64,000 nucleotides of DNA from Candidatus Altimarinota bacterium (GCA_046314355.1 JBKBWQ010000001.1:608001-672000), one strand, 5' to 3'. Shown: positions 33,675 through 43,640, numbered from the stretch's first letter. A program made the numbers and translations. Notes: generated by a model not told the origin, from the letters alone.

Positions 33675-36563
33675 TTACTGTTTGAGCTTTTCAAATGATC
33701 CGCCGAGTATATCTCTAAGACCTGGAGGAGGAGTTGCGATCATACGTCCATCGTAGTTTACATCGATGGAAGCACCACCCTCAGAGGCGTTTGGATTGTC
33801 AACAAATGGTCTTGAGGTGATTAGTTCATTGATAGATCCAAGGAGAGATCCATTTACTAGAAGTTTGATCGGGCTAAACTGCCCTCTTTCATAACCACTC
33901 TTCCAATCAACAGTTCCATCAGTACCATCAGTACCCATAAACTTATCTGCTACATATACTCCATCAATACGTGATACTCTTGGATCAATCTTGATACTTC
34001 CATTCTGAAGGATGAAAGCTACAGCTGGTACGATACTGTTTGTATTCTCAGCATAGGTAATATTAGAATTGATGATAAGATCTCCGTTCTTGATAATGAT
34101 CGTTGATCTATTCCCAAGTGATAATGTCCGCTGTGATGAGCCGTTAATCACGCCATTTCCAGAGATAGTAACGTTACCGCTATCGAGAGTAAAGATTCTC
34201 TCTCCATCAAGACGCTGACTGAATGCCGTATTTGATATGTTGCTTTCACTATTTAAAGTTACATTTGAACCTCCAAAGAGACTTCCCTGCTTACTCATAC
34301 CTTCACTTGTAGTCTTATTAATGTTATCTGTAAGTTCCTTTTTAAATCCAGTGCTATAGCTAATTCCCTGAAAGTTTTTAGAAGAATCAAAGACCTGCTG
34401 TGTAGCTCCTGAGTCAAAGAGGAAACCTGATACTTCGTTGTATGACACTCCACTTTGGAAAGTTCCTACGCTCTTCGCTAATGTAGATGCATTGATGATA
34501 CCTGTGATCAGAGCAGATGTTACCACGTCTCCAGCATTATATGTCTGGAAGTACGGACGAGACATGATCACTGTATCTGCAGCATTATTGATAGTCTTTC
34601 TCTCAGGTGCAGGAGATACAGTCTTTACCATAAAGAGATCATCTACAAACTGAGCTGTTTGGAAAGGAGTATAAGGATCTCCTAATTTATCTTGTCCAGA
34701 AGCATCTGTTCTTACTCTTGCTTCTATTAATATCTGTATATAGTCACCATTTGACTTTGTATCAATAGTACCAGCTTTAGTTCCTGGATAAAGATTCTTC
34801 ACTATGATCGGCTGACTCACAGGATTATTCTTGAAAGCTTCAAGACTGTTTGCATCTACTTCAGGAGCAGGTATAGATGCTGAAGCAAGCGTTGAGTTCC
34901 GGTATGGACTCTTGCTATTCAATACAACCCGAGCATTTACAAACTGAATATCTCCTTCAGAAGTAAACTCTGCATTACCACCACGGTTATTTCCAACATA
35001 TCTCAATTTTCTACTACCGTCTGTTAAGCTTCTTACATTTGGAGATGCAAGTACATGTACTTCACTCGCAACAGTGTCATCTGTCTGGTTACTTACTTCC
35101 AAGGTATACCATACAGTCTGGTAGTTACCTATCGCTGGAGTTTGTCTAAAAAAACTCTGGTTTGCTTCACGTCCATCAGCCTCTGTAACTCTCAGGAGAC
35201 TCATGTTAGCGCCATTTCCGCTGACAGGACTATCTTTTGTAGCATAAATCTCGATACATCCGCAGGCTGTACATTTACTATTCGGATTCTGCGGTAAGAG
35301 TTTACATGCTCCATATCCATTATATGGCTGATCTCCTGTACAAGTGGAAGTTGGTCTTCCGTCTACAGTGATACACTCATATCCTCTTCTTCTAAATTCA
35401 GCCTGATCTGAATAGTATAAACTGCGGCAAATATCGCCAGTAGGCGGTACAACAGGCACATCCGGAAACTGACAAGATGCGGTACATGTAACTGTCTGAC
35501 CATTTATGACTCTTGTCTGTCCAGGAGTACAAGCATCAGCAGGGAGTGGGAGACGCGGTCCTGCACCTGGCACACCGTTGATACGGTCTACACATGTGTA
35601 GGTTTGAGTAGTAGTGGTTTTCTTTTTTACTACGAGGTCGAGAACGAGAGAGTAACTATAAGGAAATGATCCTATCTGATCACCTTTTGTATAAGTGAAT
35701 GATTTTCGATCAGCTGAAAGAGTATATTCACTTGATCTTAAGTCTCTATAATTCCTACTTTTGATTGTAGTCTTTAGCGTTTTTGGATCAGTAATACTTT
35801 CTGCTTCAATGACATAATTACTCATGTCAGATAATGGATGTGATCCAAGTTTAATATTTGCAGGGTAATCAGATGACTGTGCGAAAAATAATTCTTGATC
35901 AGCACTTATATTAATTGAGCTTGTATCAACAGAGTAAATAACATTATTTCCAACTTTTGCTGTTATTGTATTTCCCTCAATAGTTACATTAACTTTTGTA
36001 TCTTTTAGAACATTTGAAGGATTTGTACCTACATTATCATGCACATATATTTTCGTTTGAAAAATATCACCTATATTAGCTTGCAGACTGAATATCAGAT
36101 CATAATACATTTGTCGAAGACCGTATTTATAATACACTTCCTGCATAATAGGATTAATGCTATTTGTCTTTGAACCATAAAGCTTATTGATACCCACAAA
36201 TTCTCTTTCATCTGTATAAAGCGGTCCGACACACTCATCAAGAGAACTCAATCTTTCAAGTTCCTCTGGAGACATATCAGTATGCTGAAGCTGCTGTCTA
36301 ATAAAATAAATTTCATTATTTTTTAACTTCATAAATGCTCGGCACTTCTCTAAAGAATCTAAGTATTTATTAAATACATGTTCTGTATATCCTCTAGGAA
36401 AGTAGTTTGCTCTATCTTTATATGCATCTGAGAAATATATTCCATCATTAACATTTACAGCTGCAAATGCAGTACCAAAAGTAGCACAGAAGAAAACTCC
36501 TAATAACAACACTGCTGATACTCTTAATAGCTTTAATTTTCTAGTAATATTAATCATGTTCAA
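33675..36563 (-). CDS. Large secreted multidomain protein with Cys-rich middle and C-terminal beta-solenoid-like domain
   Basis: Signal peptide ending AFA; Cys/Pro-rich region; RPYFQTYNAGDV...IIIKNGDLIINSNI...GSIKIDPRVSRIDGVYVA. Confidence 0.8.
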   Translation of the reverse strand: MNMINITRKLKLLRVSAVLLLGVFFCATFGTAFAAVNVNDGIYFSDAYKDRANYFPRGYTEHVFNKYLDSLEKCRAFMKLKNNEIYFIRQQLQHTDMSPEELERLSSLDECVGPLYTDEREFVGINKLYGSKTNSINPIMQEVYYKYGLRQMYYDLIFSLQANIGDIFQTKIYVHDNVGTNPSNVLKDTKVNVTIEGNTITAKVGNNVIYSVDTSSINISADQELFFAQSSDYPANIKLGSHPLSDMSNYVIEAESITDPKTLKTTIKSRNYRDLRSSEYTLSADRKSFTYTKGDQIGSFPYSYSLVLDLVVKKKTTTTQTYTCVDRINGVPGAGPRLPLPADACTPGQTRVINGQTVTCTASCQFPDVPVVPPTGDICRSLYYSDQAEFRRRGYECITVDGRPTSTCTGDQPYNGYGACKLLPQNPNSKCTACGCIEIYATKDSPVSGNGANMSLLRVTEADGREANQSFFRQTPAIGNYQTVWYTLEVSNQTDDTVASEVHVLASPNVRSLTDGSRKLRYVGNNRGGNAEFTSEGDIQFVNARVVLNSKSPYRNSTLASASIPAPEVDANSLEAFKNNPVSQPIIVKNLYPGTKAGTIDTKSNGDYIQILIEARVRTDASGQDKLGDPYTPFQTAQFVDDLFMVKTVSPAPERKTINNAADTVIMSRPYFQTYNAGDVVTSALITGIINASTLAKSVGTFQSGVSYNEVSGFLFDSGATQQVFDSSKNFQGISYSTGFKKELTDNINKTTSEGMSKQGSLFGGSNVTLNSESNISNTAFSQRLDGERIFTLDSGNVTISGNGVINGSSQRTLSLGNRSTIIIKNGDLIINSNITYAENTNSIVPAVAFILQNGSIKIDPRVSRIDGVYVADKFMGTDGTDGTVDWKSGYERGQFSPIKLLVNGSLLGSINELITSRPFVDNPNASEGGASIDVNYDGRMIATPPPGLRDILGGSFEKLKQ

Positions 36564-36615
36564 GATCTTATAAAATACATATGAGAAGGTATGGAAACAT
36601 TAAGACATGAATTCA

Positions 36616-36807
36616 CTAAAAGTCAATATTTTTGTTTTGAATTTTTATATTCTGATCCTGAACTCTATTTGCATTATCAGCCTTAGGATCAGCTACTGTT
36701 GTTTTAGATAATTCTAGATTCTGTGTATTAAGTGATTCAGCATTGTTTGCAGTACCTGAACATGAGACAAGAAATGTTAAGGCAAGAGCAATAGAAAAAT
36801 ATCTCAT
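36616..36807 (-). CDS. Small lipoprotein
   Basis: MRYF + hydrophobic stretch + LVSC lipobox. Confidence 0.65.
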   Translation of the reverse strand: MRYFSIALALTFLVSCSGTANNAESLNTQNLELSKTTVADPKADNANRVQDQNIKIQNKNIDF

Positions 36808-36831
36808 ATGACTACTATTATAAATTATAAA

Positions 36832-39800
36832 TTATCCTCCCCAGTTATTACCGTCTGAGGCTCCTGAAGATTGATTTAAGTTACTTCCTCCACCACTTGG
36901 TGGACTAACTTTAAATTCGGATACATCATTATAGTTATTAACCATTGCGTTATAACTATCAGTTGCTTTATTAGTCCAAAGCGCTATACCAGCTTGATCT
37001 TTACGATCTATAGCAATTTGTAATTGTTTTTGAGCAGTGTAGAAATCTTTTTCTTGTGAGCCTAAATATAATTCACGACCATTATTATTTGGTTTTTGTT
37101 TATACATTTCCTTTAAATTACTGATTGCTGCAGCGGCTTTATTCACATCACCTTTAATGTCATTTAATGGCGCCATAGTAAGTGCTTGCTGTTCTGTTGC
37201 CTTACTCTCAGTTTTTTTCTCACCGCCATCGCCACTTCCCTCTTCATCTTTTTTCTTATCTTCACCTCCCTTATTATCATTCGTCTTACCGCCACCTTCA
37301 TCTTTCTTCTCTGGAATCTTACATAGCTCAGGATGAGCCGCCGCATATTCAGGATTCTTACAGTCTTGCTTCTCTTCAACTGTTGGATTACAAATTGGAT
37401 TATCCTTATTCTCTGGTCTATCACAGAATGGGATTTCTTCTATTACTGGTTTACATAATGGATTATTTTTATTTTCTGGTCGGTCACAGAATGGTATCTC
37501 TTTACCAGGTATAAGTCCAAGCGCTGAAACACCAGCACCAAGTGGAATTGTAACATTACCCCCTATAACAGCATTTTCATTTACGTACTTTTGATCAGTT
37601 TTAACTCTCTTCGAAATATCAATTTCATTCAAAGAATTCTCAAAATCTACAGTACCCTCAGCATTTGTCGTAGGAAGTTTTCTCAAGATAGGTTTCTTTT
37701 CAAGAGAAGCAGCTTTACTAATTTCAACATTCATACACTCTTTTCTAACAAAGATCTTCACTATATAATTTTCTCCATTGAATTCTTTTTGAATTGATGT
37801 CTGGTAGACATCCTTTAGATTAGGTTTTGCTCCAACTATATTTTTATTCCATTCAATCTGAGTACCAAAATTGGTATAATCTCCTGCTGGAGCTTTTACT
37901 AATCCCTTCATGAGACCTAAATATAAGTCTTTTTCACTCACTTGCTGAAGCATTCTAATTTCTTCTTTAGCAGCACTTACATTTTTACCAGCCTTAGAGT
38001 AATTCTCTGGTAATCTCAGTGCAGAAAGCATTGCCGTCATGAGTGACTTATCATTCTTGATATCAAGTTTAGAACCATTTGCAAGACTTCTATCTCCGAG
38101 GATTGCTTGCAGTGAATTGATCATAGCTGCTGCATCTTCTTGACTTAATGTCGTTTTTCCATCAGAAAGAGTTGCATACTTTCTCAAGAATTCAGGAGTA
38201 ATATCAGTTTTCTCTGCCATTCGCATAAGAGAGAATGCACCTGGGTTTCCTTCTGGGTTTTTAAGATCTTTATCTTTATTCTTAATACCCATGGATTCTA
38301 AAGCATCCACAAGCGTGAGGTCCTTCTGAGCATTTTTATTATTTGCCACATAAGTATCCAATCCCTTTAAGATTGACTCATAGACTTTAGATCTTTCATT
38401 AGCAATATCAAATTGCTTTAGTACAGATTCTACATAGTCTTTGCCTTTCAGTTTAGATTGTACGTTCTCCATCTTAGCACCTTGAGGCGTAAAGAGAGCG
38501 CTCTCTCCATATGGAAGAAAAGTAGTCACATCAAAGTCAAACTTGTTTGCAGAGAAAGAGTTGAAAAGTTTTTCAATAGAATTTGTTCTATCTACTAAAC
38601 CTTTCAATTTTTCAGCACTTTGAGCCACCATACTATCTACCATAGTACGATCTAGTATTTGATCAGTTGATAAATAAATATGCTGTTCAAGGATACTCGT
38701 AATTGGTGCATCTTTGTATTTCTCTTTGGTCTGACCTTTCATAAGCTCATCGTACTTAGTAGCAATTTGGTTATAAGAAGCTTCAAAACTATCAAGCTGT
38801 GTAGTAAGTGTCGCATATGGATCTGTCGCTGATTTCTTTGCAACATCTCCATACCTGTCATTAAAAGTCTTATACATGTCTGTTACATTATATGAAGACA
38901 TTAGTTTGACCGCATTTGTAAGTAACTCTAAGAACGCTTTTTGATCAGCAGGAGAAATATTTTTATTGTTTGGATCCAATAGACCTTTATATCCATCTAC
39001 TGTTTTTCCCTTAACATCTATTATCTTTCCTGTACTATCCAGTGTTTTTTCACCGTTTAAAAACTTCACCATAAGATTAAGGCGATTTGTCATTACTTTT
39101 GCCTTCTCCAATCTAGGAGTCATCTTAAGTTTCTTTTCCCCTTCACTATAAGTAGTACTTTCTTCCTTTGCAGCTGAAATATAGGTTTTGATAAGTTCTT
39201 TTTCTTGCTTTATATCAGCAATGAGGACATCAAATGCCTGTTTTTGAAGAGGTTCTTTAGTCTTCTCCTTCTGAGCGGTAAATTTTGTAATTTGATCATC
39301 TAACTTCGTACCATAATTCATAAGATTTTGTTCAAGTTCCTTTCGTCCCTTAGGGGACATAGCAGCAATATTACTAAGAGCCTTATCCTTTTCCTTAGGA
39401 TCTCTTACAAATTCTAGTGATTTGAAATCAACTCTAAGCTGATCCAATGTCTTCACATCAATTCCATATTGATTCTTAAGTTTATCTGATAGCTCAGTTA
39501 ACGTTAACTGATTTTTGTCGAGTTTATACTCATTACCATTATCTTCAACTGAAGAACTTCTCTTTAAAATAAGATAGTCTGATAACATTTTTGCAGCACC
39601 ATCAGTTCTTTTTCCTGATTCCATATCTTTATTTGCAACCTTTGCATATATTTTTCCATCAGGATCAAACTTCTTTCTTTCGTCTGGCGTAAGAATATTA
39701 TTATAGACATACTTAGTATAAGTTGCCATCAACTCTTTAAAGTTTTCTTGAGCATCTTTGTCTTGAGGACTAGCAGAGATTTTCTTTTCAAGAGCGGCGA

Positions 39801-41148
39801 GCCCTGAAAGGTATGTGATCTCCATTGGATCAAATGCTCCTTTGAACTCAATTCTACCCAATTTCAAGTTTCCCAGAATACCTCCGACAAGGAATGCACC
39901 TCCTGATAGATATTTCTCTTCGCCATTTTTATAATTTACAAGTCTCTCAGTATGTCCATTTGCTCTTAAAGCAAGATCTACAAGTGGAATTGCAACAGTG
40001 GCTACATCACCTATATAACCAATTGTATCCATAGTCTGTCTATGTTCAGTCAAACCAGAAAATTTCTGAGCAATAATATCTCTTGATGCTTTAAGAGACT
40101 GATTACTATTGGCAACTAGAGTCTGCACCACTTGTGGACCAAATCCAAAGTTATCTCCAAAATACTTTTGAACAAAATCAAGAATATCAGTTTTTTGCTG
40201 TTCTGAGAGTTTATCATTTGCATCTTTTAGATTTTCTGCCTGTTTCGCGTACTTATCTACTTCCTGTACATACTTATCAGACCGCTCGGTAATCTCTCTA
40301 CCAAGTAGATTATCTTTTGAATTCTCTTTTCGAGCATTTAGATCATCTACTTCTTGCTGATTAATATCATACTTCTTTGTTAGATCAACTGTACTCATTT
40401 TATTGAGTGAATCATTTTTCAGCTTCTTATTCACAAATTCTTTTTTGCCTTTACCTGCTTTTGCTTCATCTAGCCATGATTGTACTTTGTCTGTAAATCT
40501 TTTATGTTCTGAAGAGAAGAAATCTACCAATGCCTTATCAAACTGCGCAGGAGATACCTTTTCTGCTGTAAGTTTATTCATAATCCCGAATAGATCGATC
40601 TGACTATTCTTATACATCCCGATAACCTCAGATCTATGCTGTTGAAGTGTGGTTGTATATTTATCCATCTGACTATAATACATATTAAAGTACTTTCCTA
40701 AATCAGTAGACTTCTGAGGCAAGGATTCCTCAATAATTGTATTATTCAGATTTGTAGTAGCCGTCAGACCGCCTTCTCCTTTTTTATCTATCGTTTTTTG
40801 AAGAGCATCCTTATACTCCTGAGAGTTTTCATCATACTTATTTACAGTATTTTTAAACTCCTTCATTATTTTATCTGAATAAGTATCCATTCCACTCTTA
40901 TAGTTTGATTCAAAACTATTTGTGATAGTTTTAAACTGATTCTCAATACCTTGAGTTTTTACATTAATACTTTGAATTTGATCTTCTTCATTCGTCTTTT
41001 CATTTGCTTTATCTACTGTATCTTTTTTTACTTCTGTATTCTTTGTATTAAAAAGATCTGTTGAAATATTCCATCTTGCCCCTGCTGTTGAAGAGCCTTG
41101 ACTTAAATCAGATGAAAAGTTACCAAATTCCATATTAGATTTATCCAT
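36832..41148 (-). CDS. 1438-aa K/D/N-rich helical protein of unknown function with Cys repeats
   Basis: Long ORF with no signal peptide, coiled-coil character, Gly-rich hydrophobic patches and C-terminal Cys repeats. Confidence 0.8.
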   Translation of the reverse strand: MDKSNMEFGNFSSDLSQGSSTAGARWNISTDLFNTKNTEVKKDTVDKANEKTNEEDQIQSINVKTQGIENQFKTITNSFESNYKSGMDTYSDKIMKEFKNTVNKYDENSQEYKDALQKTIDKKGEGGLTATTNLNNTIIEESLPQKSTDLGKYFNMYYSQMDKYTTTLQQHRSEVIGMYKNSQIDLFGIMNKLTAEKVSPAQFDKALVDFFSSEHKRFTDKVQSWLDEAKAGKGKKEFVNKKLKNDSLNKMSTVDLTKKYDINQQEVDDLNARKENSKDNLLGREITERSDKYVQEVDKYAKQAENLKDANDKLSEQQKTDILDFVQKYFGDNFGFGPQVVQTLVANSNQSLKASRDIIAQKFSGLTEHRQTMDTIGYIGDVATVAIPLVDLALRANGHTERLVNYKNGEEKYLSGGAFLVGGILGNLKLGRIEFKGAFDPMEITYLSGLAALEKKISASPQDKDAQENFKELMATYTKYVYNNILTPDERKKFDPDGKIYAKVANKDMESGKRTDGAAKMLSDYLILKRSSSVEDNGNEYKLDKNQLTLTELSDKLKNQYGIDVKTLDQLRVDFKSLEFVRDPKEKDKALSNIAAMSPKGRKELEQNLMNYGTKLDDQITKFTAQKEKTKEPLQKQAFDVLIADIKQEKELIKTYISAAKEESTTYSEGEKKLKMTPRLEKAKVMTNRLNLMVKFLNGEKTLDSTGKIIDVKGKTVDGYKGLLDPNNKNISPADQKAFLELLTNAVKLMSSYNVTDMYKTFNDRYGDVAKKSATDPYATLTTQLDSFEASYNQIATKYDELMKGQTKEKYKDAPITSILEQHIYLSTDQILDRTMVDSMVAQSAEKLKGLVDRTNSIEKLFNSFSANKFDFDVTTFLPYGESALFTPQGAKMENVQSKLKGKDYVESVLKQFDIANERSKVYESILKGLDTYVANNKNAQKDLTLVDALESMGIKNKDKDLKNPEGNPGAFSLMRMAEKTDITPEFLRKYATLSDGKTTLSQEDAAAMINSLQAILGDRSLANGSKLDIKNDKSLMTAMLSALRLPENYSKAGKNVSAAKEEIRMLQQVSEKDLYLGLMKGLVKAPAGDYTNFGTQIEWNKNIVGAKPNLKDVYQTSIQKEFNGENYIVKIFVRKECMNVEISKAASLEKKPILRKLPTTNAEGTVDFENSLNEIDISKRVKTDQKYVNENAVIGGNVTIPLGAGVSALGLIPGKEIPFCDRPENKNNPLCKPVIEEIPFCDRPENKDNPICNPTVEEKQDCKNPEYAAAHPELCKIPEKKDEGGGKTNDNKGGEDKKKDEEGSGDGGEKKTESKATEQQALTMAPLNDIKGDVNKAAAAISNLKEMYKQKPNNNGRELYLGSQEKDFYTAQKQLQIAIDRKDQAGIALWTNKATDSYNAMVNNYNDVSEFKVSPPSGGGSNLNQSSGASDGNNWGG
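37375..37500 (-). repeat. Coding tandem repeat, 2 x 63 bp (EIPFCDRPENK[ND]NP[LI]C)
   Basis: EIPFCDRPENKNNPLCKPVIE / EIPFCDRPENKDNPICNPTVE, followed by a degenerate third unit (DCKNPEYAAAHPELC). Confidence 0.85.
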
Positions 41149-41157
41149 ATTGTTTGT

Positions 41158-41487
41158 TTAGTTAAATGAAGAAAGTAATCCTTCTGCCGTATCGGCATCT
41201 GTAGCCTGATCTTTCTCCTGTATTTTTGTTAAGATATTTTTTGTATCAGTTTTAATGACTTCAAGGTTCTCAAGGTATTTTTGTTGTACTGCTGCAACTT
41301 CCTGCTCATACTCGTGTGCTACTACACCACACGAGCTGTAGAATTTTAATAACACATTATAAGCTTTCTCAATCTCTTCATTATTCATTTGAGGCAAGCG
41401 CTGTTCATAAGAAAGCGCAATTGTTTCATCATATTTTTTAATATCATTTAGAAGAGTACTGAATTGTGTTTTTATATCTATGGTCAT
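41158..41487 (-). CDS. Small acidic helical protein
   Basis: 109-aa ORF ending 9 bp upstream of the 1438-aa gene. Confidence 0.7.
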   Translation of the reverse strand: MTIDIKTQFSTLLNDIKKYDETIALSYEQRLPQMNNEEIEKAYNVLLKFYSSCGVVAHEYEQEVAAVQQKYLENLEVIKTDTKNILTKIQEKDQATDADTAEGLLSSFN

Positions 41488-41524
41488 ATACCTTGAAAAT
41501 TAGAATTCTGATAAAGAGTGAAAC

Positions 41525-42271
41525 TTAAGCGAGTGCCTTTCTTCTCCATACAAGCACAGCAGCTCCCATTGCAGCAATGATAAGCACTGCAGCTTCTGGT
41601 CCTGTCTGAGGAACTTTAGGCGGCTTTGGCTTTGCTACTGGAGTTACTGGTGTTACAGGAGTAACTGGAGTAACTGGAGTTGTACATACTACTGGAACTG
41701 TCTGAGACTTATTTTCAAAAGTCGCAACTAATCCATTTGCAGCAATACTTGCAAAGTCGATACAGATGTTATCATTAAGCTTTACCTTAAATTCAAACTT
41801 ATCTGTACAATTACAGTCTGCAGTCTGTGTAATTCCTGGGAATACTACAGATACACCCTGACGGATAACTCCTCCGTTTCCTGGATCAATAAGCTGAGAA
41901 ACCTTAAGAAGATTCTCTGCAGAAACCTGTGCTACATATCCAACGAGGTCTCCAGGTCCGAGATTTCGTACAGAAGCTGTAACGACTATCACGTCTCCTG
42001 GTTTATTTCCTCCAGCACTTGCATCCTTAGCCTGTGTTTCATTGTATACAGTGAGCTTAGTTTCAAATTCAGGTGATGCACTATAGAGTGTATCAGCATT
42101 AGTATTTGTATCCGCCGTTGTAGAAAGCGGGATAATTTCACCAGCATTTGCATTAGCATTTACTGTAGTGTTCTCAAGAAATCCAGCGCTGTCTTGAGCG
42201 TAAGCTGTATTGCTGACCAGCATAAATGCTAGTGTGAGAGCAGTAAGCCCGAGGTTGAGTTTTGTTTTCAT
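41525..42271 (-). CDS. Secreted DUF11-like Ig-fold protein with (TPV)5 linker and PQTGPE-TM-RRK tail
   Basis: Signal peptide ending AYA; KPGDVIVVTASVRNLG; TPVTPVTPVTPVTPV; VPQTGPEAAVLIIAAMGAAVLVWRRK. Confidence 0.8.
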   Translation of the reverse strand: MKTKLNLGLTALTLAFMLVSNTAYAQDSAGFLENTTVNANANAGEIIPLSTTADTNTNADTLYSASPEFETKLTVYNETQAKDASAGGNKPGDVIVVTASVRNLGPGDLVGYVAQVSAENLLKVSQLIDPGNGGVIRQGVSVVFPGITQTADCNCTDKFEFKVKLNDNICIDFASIAANGLVATFENKSQTVPVVCTTPVTPVTPVTPVTPVAKPKPPKVPQTGPEAAVLIIAAMGAAVLVWRRKALA

Positions 42272-42357
42272 GTTTGTTTAAAAAGAAAATGTAATAGGGG
42301 AATCTTTATATTGTATCATAAGGAGTGTGATTTTTGCAAATGCGAGAGAAGTGAAAA

Positions 42358-42513
42358 AGTAATTAAGTAAGAAAGTAAGAAAGTAATTGGGGCTCATGAT
42401 TGGGCTCTTATCATTGGACTCAATAATTGAGCTCAGTTACTAGCGCCCAATTATTGAGTCTAATTACCGAGCTGCAATTTCATAATTACCAATTACTCCC
42501 TTACTCAATTACT
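42358..42513. repeat. Intergenic palindromic repeat element, copy 4, with terminal inverted repeats
   Basis: Left end AGTAATTAAGTAAG vs right end CTTACTCAATTACT (13/14 inverted match); internal AATTG[AG]GCTC units. Confidence 0.85.
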
Positions 42514-42517
42514 TAAC

Positions 42518-42559
42518 AAAAAAAGCACCACCGCATTTCTGCAGTAGTGCTTTCTTTTT
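42518..42559 (-). terminator. Intrinsic terminator after rpsG
   Basis: AAAGCACCACCGCA-TTTC-TGCAGTAGTGCTTT flanked by A/T runs. Confidence 0.65.
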
Positions 42560-42565
42560 ACGGAA

Positions 42566-43030
42566 TCATCCGAATCTTGCGAGGTGAGCAAATGTCTTAT
42601 TTGCTTCAGCCATTCTATGTACATCGTCTTTCTTCTTGATAGCTGGACCTGTATTCTCAGCACTTTCTATAAGTACCTGAGCGAGTCTTTTTGGGAAAGT
42701 ACTTCCCTTCATAGCTCGTACAGCTCCGAGAATCCATCGGCATGCGAGAGCAACCTGTCTCTTTGGCTTTACTTCAACCGGTACCTGGTATACACCTTCA
42801 CCGATTCTTTTTGGACGTACCTCCATAGATGGGATAACGTTCTCAAGTGCCTGTTCAAAGACTTTAAGAGGCTCTTTTTTTCCTGTCTTCTGAATCTCTT
42901 CCATTGTTTCGTCAAAGAGTCTTCGTGCAAGGCTCTTCTTTCCTTCTTTCATTATATAGTTGATGAACTTCTCCTGAAGGGGGGTTGTATAGGAGAGCAT
43001 CCGTGTTTTAAATAGATCTACTACTGCCAT
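42566..43030 (-). CDS. rpsG: 30S ribosomal protein S7
   Basis: FINYIMKEGKKSLA, YQVPVEV and HRMAEANKTFAH motifs. Confidence 0.96.
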   Translation of the reverse strand: MAVVDLFKTRMLSYTTPLQEKFINYIMKEGKKSLARRLFDETMEEIQKTGKKEPLKVFEQALENVIPSMEVRPKRIGEGVYQVPVEVKPKRQVALACRWILGAVRAMKGSTFPKRLAQVLIESAENTGPAIKKKDDVHRMAEANKTFAHLARFG

Positions 43031-43061
43031 GTGAATGAATAATTAAGGTAATCAGAAAAAA

Positions 43062-43475
43062 TTATTTCTTCTTTGCTCCATAGAGACTTCGGGACTGTTT
43101 TCGGTCCTGAACTCCCTGTGTATCAAGAACTCCTCGTACAATATGATATCGTACACCTGGAAGGTCCTTTACACGTCCTCCTCGGATCATCACTACGGAA
43201 TGCTCCTGAAGATTGTGTCCTTCACCAGGGATATACGCGATAACTTCAAAACCATTATTAAGTCGAACCTTTGCAATCTTTCGAAGAGCTGAGTTTGGCT
43301 TCTTAGGAGTAGTTGTAGTAACCTTCGTACATACACCTCGTTTCTGAGGGCATCCTTTTCGAAGAATTTTGGATTTTACCTTAATGGTATTCATTACAGA
43401 CTGCAATGCAGGAGACTTTGATTTCTTCTGCTTGGACTTTCGTGGTTTTCTTACCAATTGGTTAATCGTTGGCAC
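43062..43475 (-). CDS. rpsL: 30S ribosomal protein S12
   Basis: GTG start PTINQLVR; [11 protein letters not shown]; [12 protein letters not shown]. Confidence 0.97.
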   Translation of the reverse strand: MPTINQLVRKPRKSKQKKSKSPALQSVMNTIKVKSKILRKGCPQKRGVCTKVTTTTPKKPNSALRKIAKVRLNNGFEVIAYIPGEGHNLQEHSVVMIRGGRVKDLPGVRYHIVRGVLDTQGVQDRKQSRSLYGAKKK

Positions 43476-43640
43476 GGTACAAGTAAGTAATAAGTAAATA
43501 TACAATAATATCGTATTAATCTGCTTGCCTTCAGCTTTTCATGGCTTAGGGCAGGTAGGCGGTCCTTTGAAACAACTCTTATGAGACTCACTCTCATGTT
43601 ACTTCACACAAATTTCCTGCCTACCTACAATATGCACTCC

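Noticed and set aside
36832-41148. Prophage tape-measure gene
   Set aside because: No phage structural, terminase or integrase genes nearby; the Cys repeats and context do not fit.
19741-42513. The AATTGAGCTC repeat clusters as CRISPR arrays
   Set aside because: The units are short, degenerate and adjacent, there are no unique spacers of constant length, and there are no cas genes in the window.
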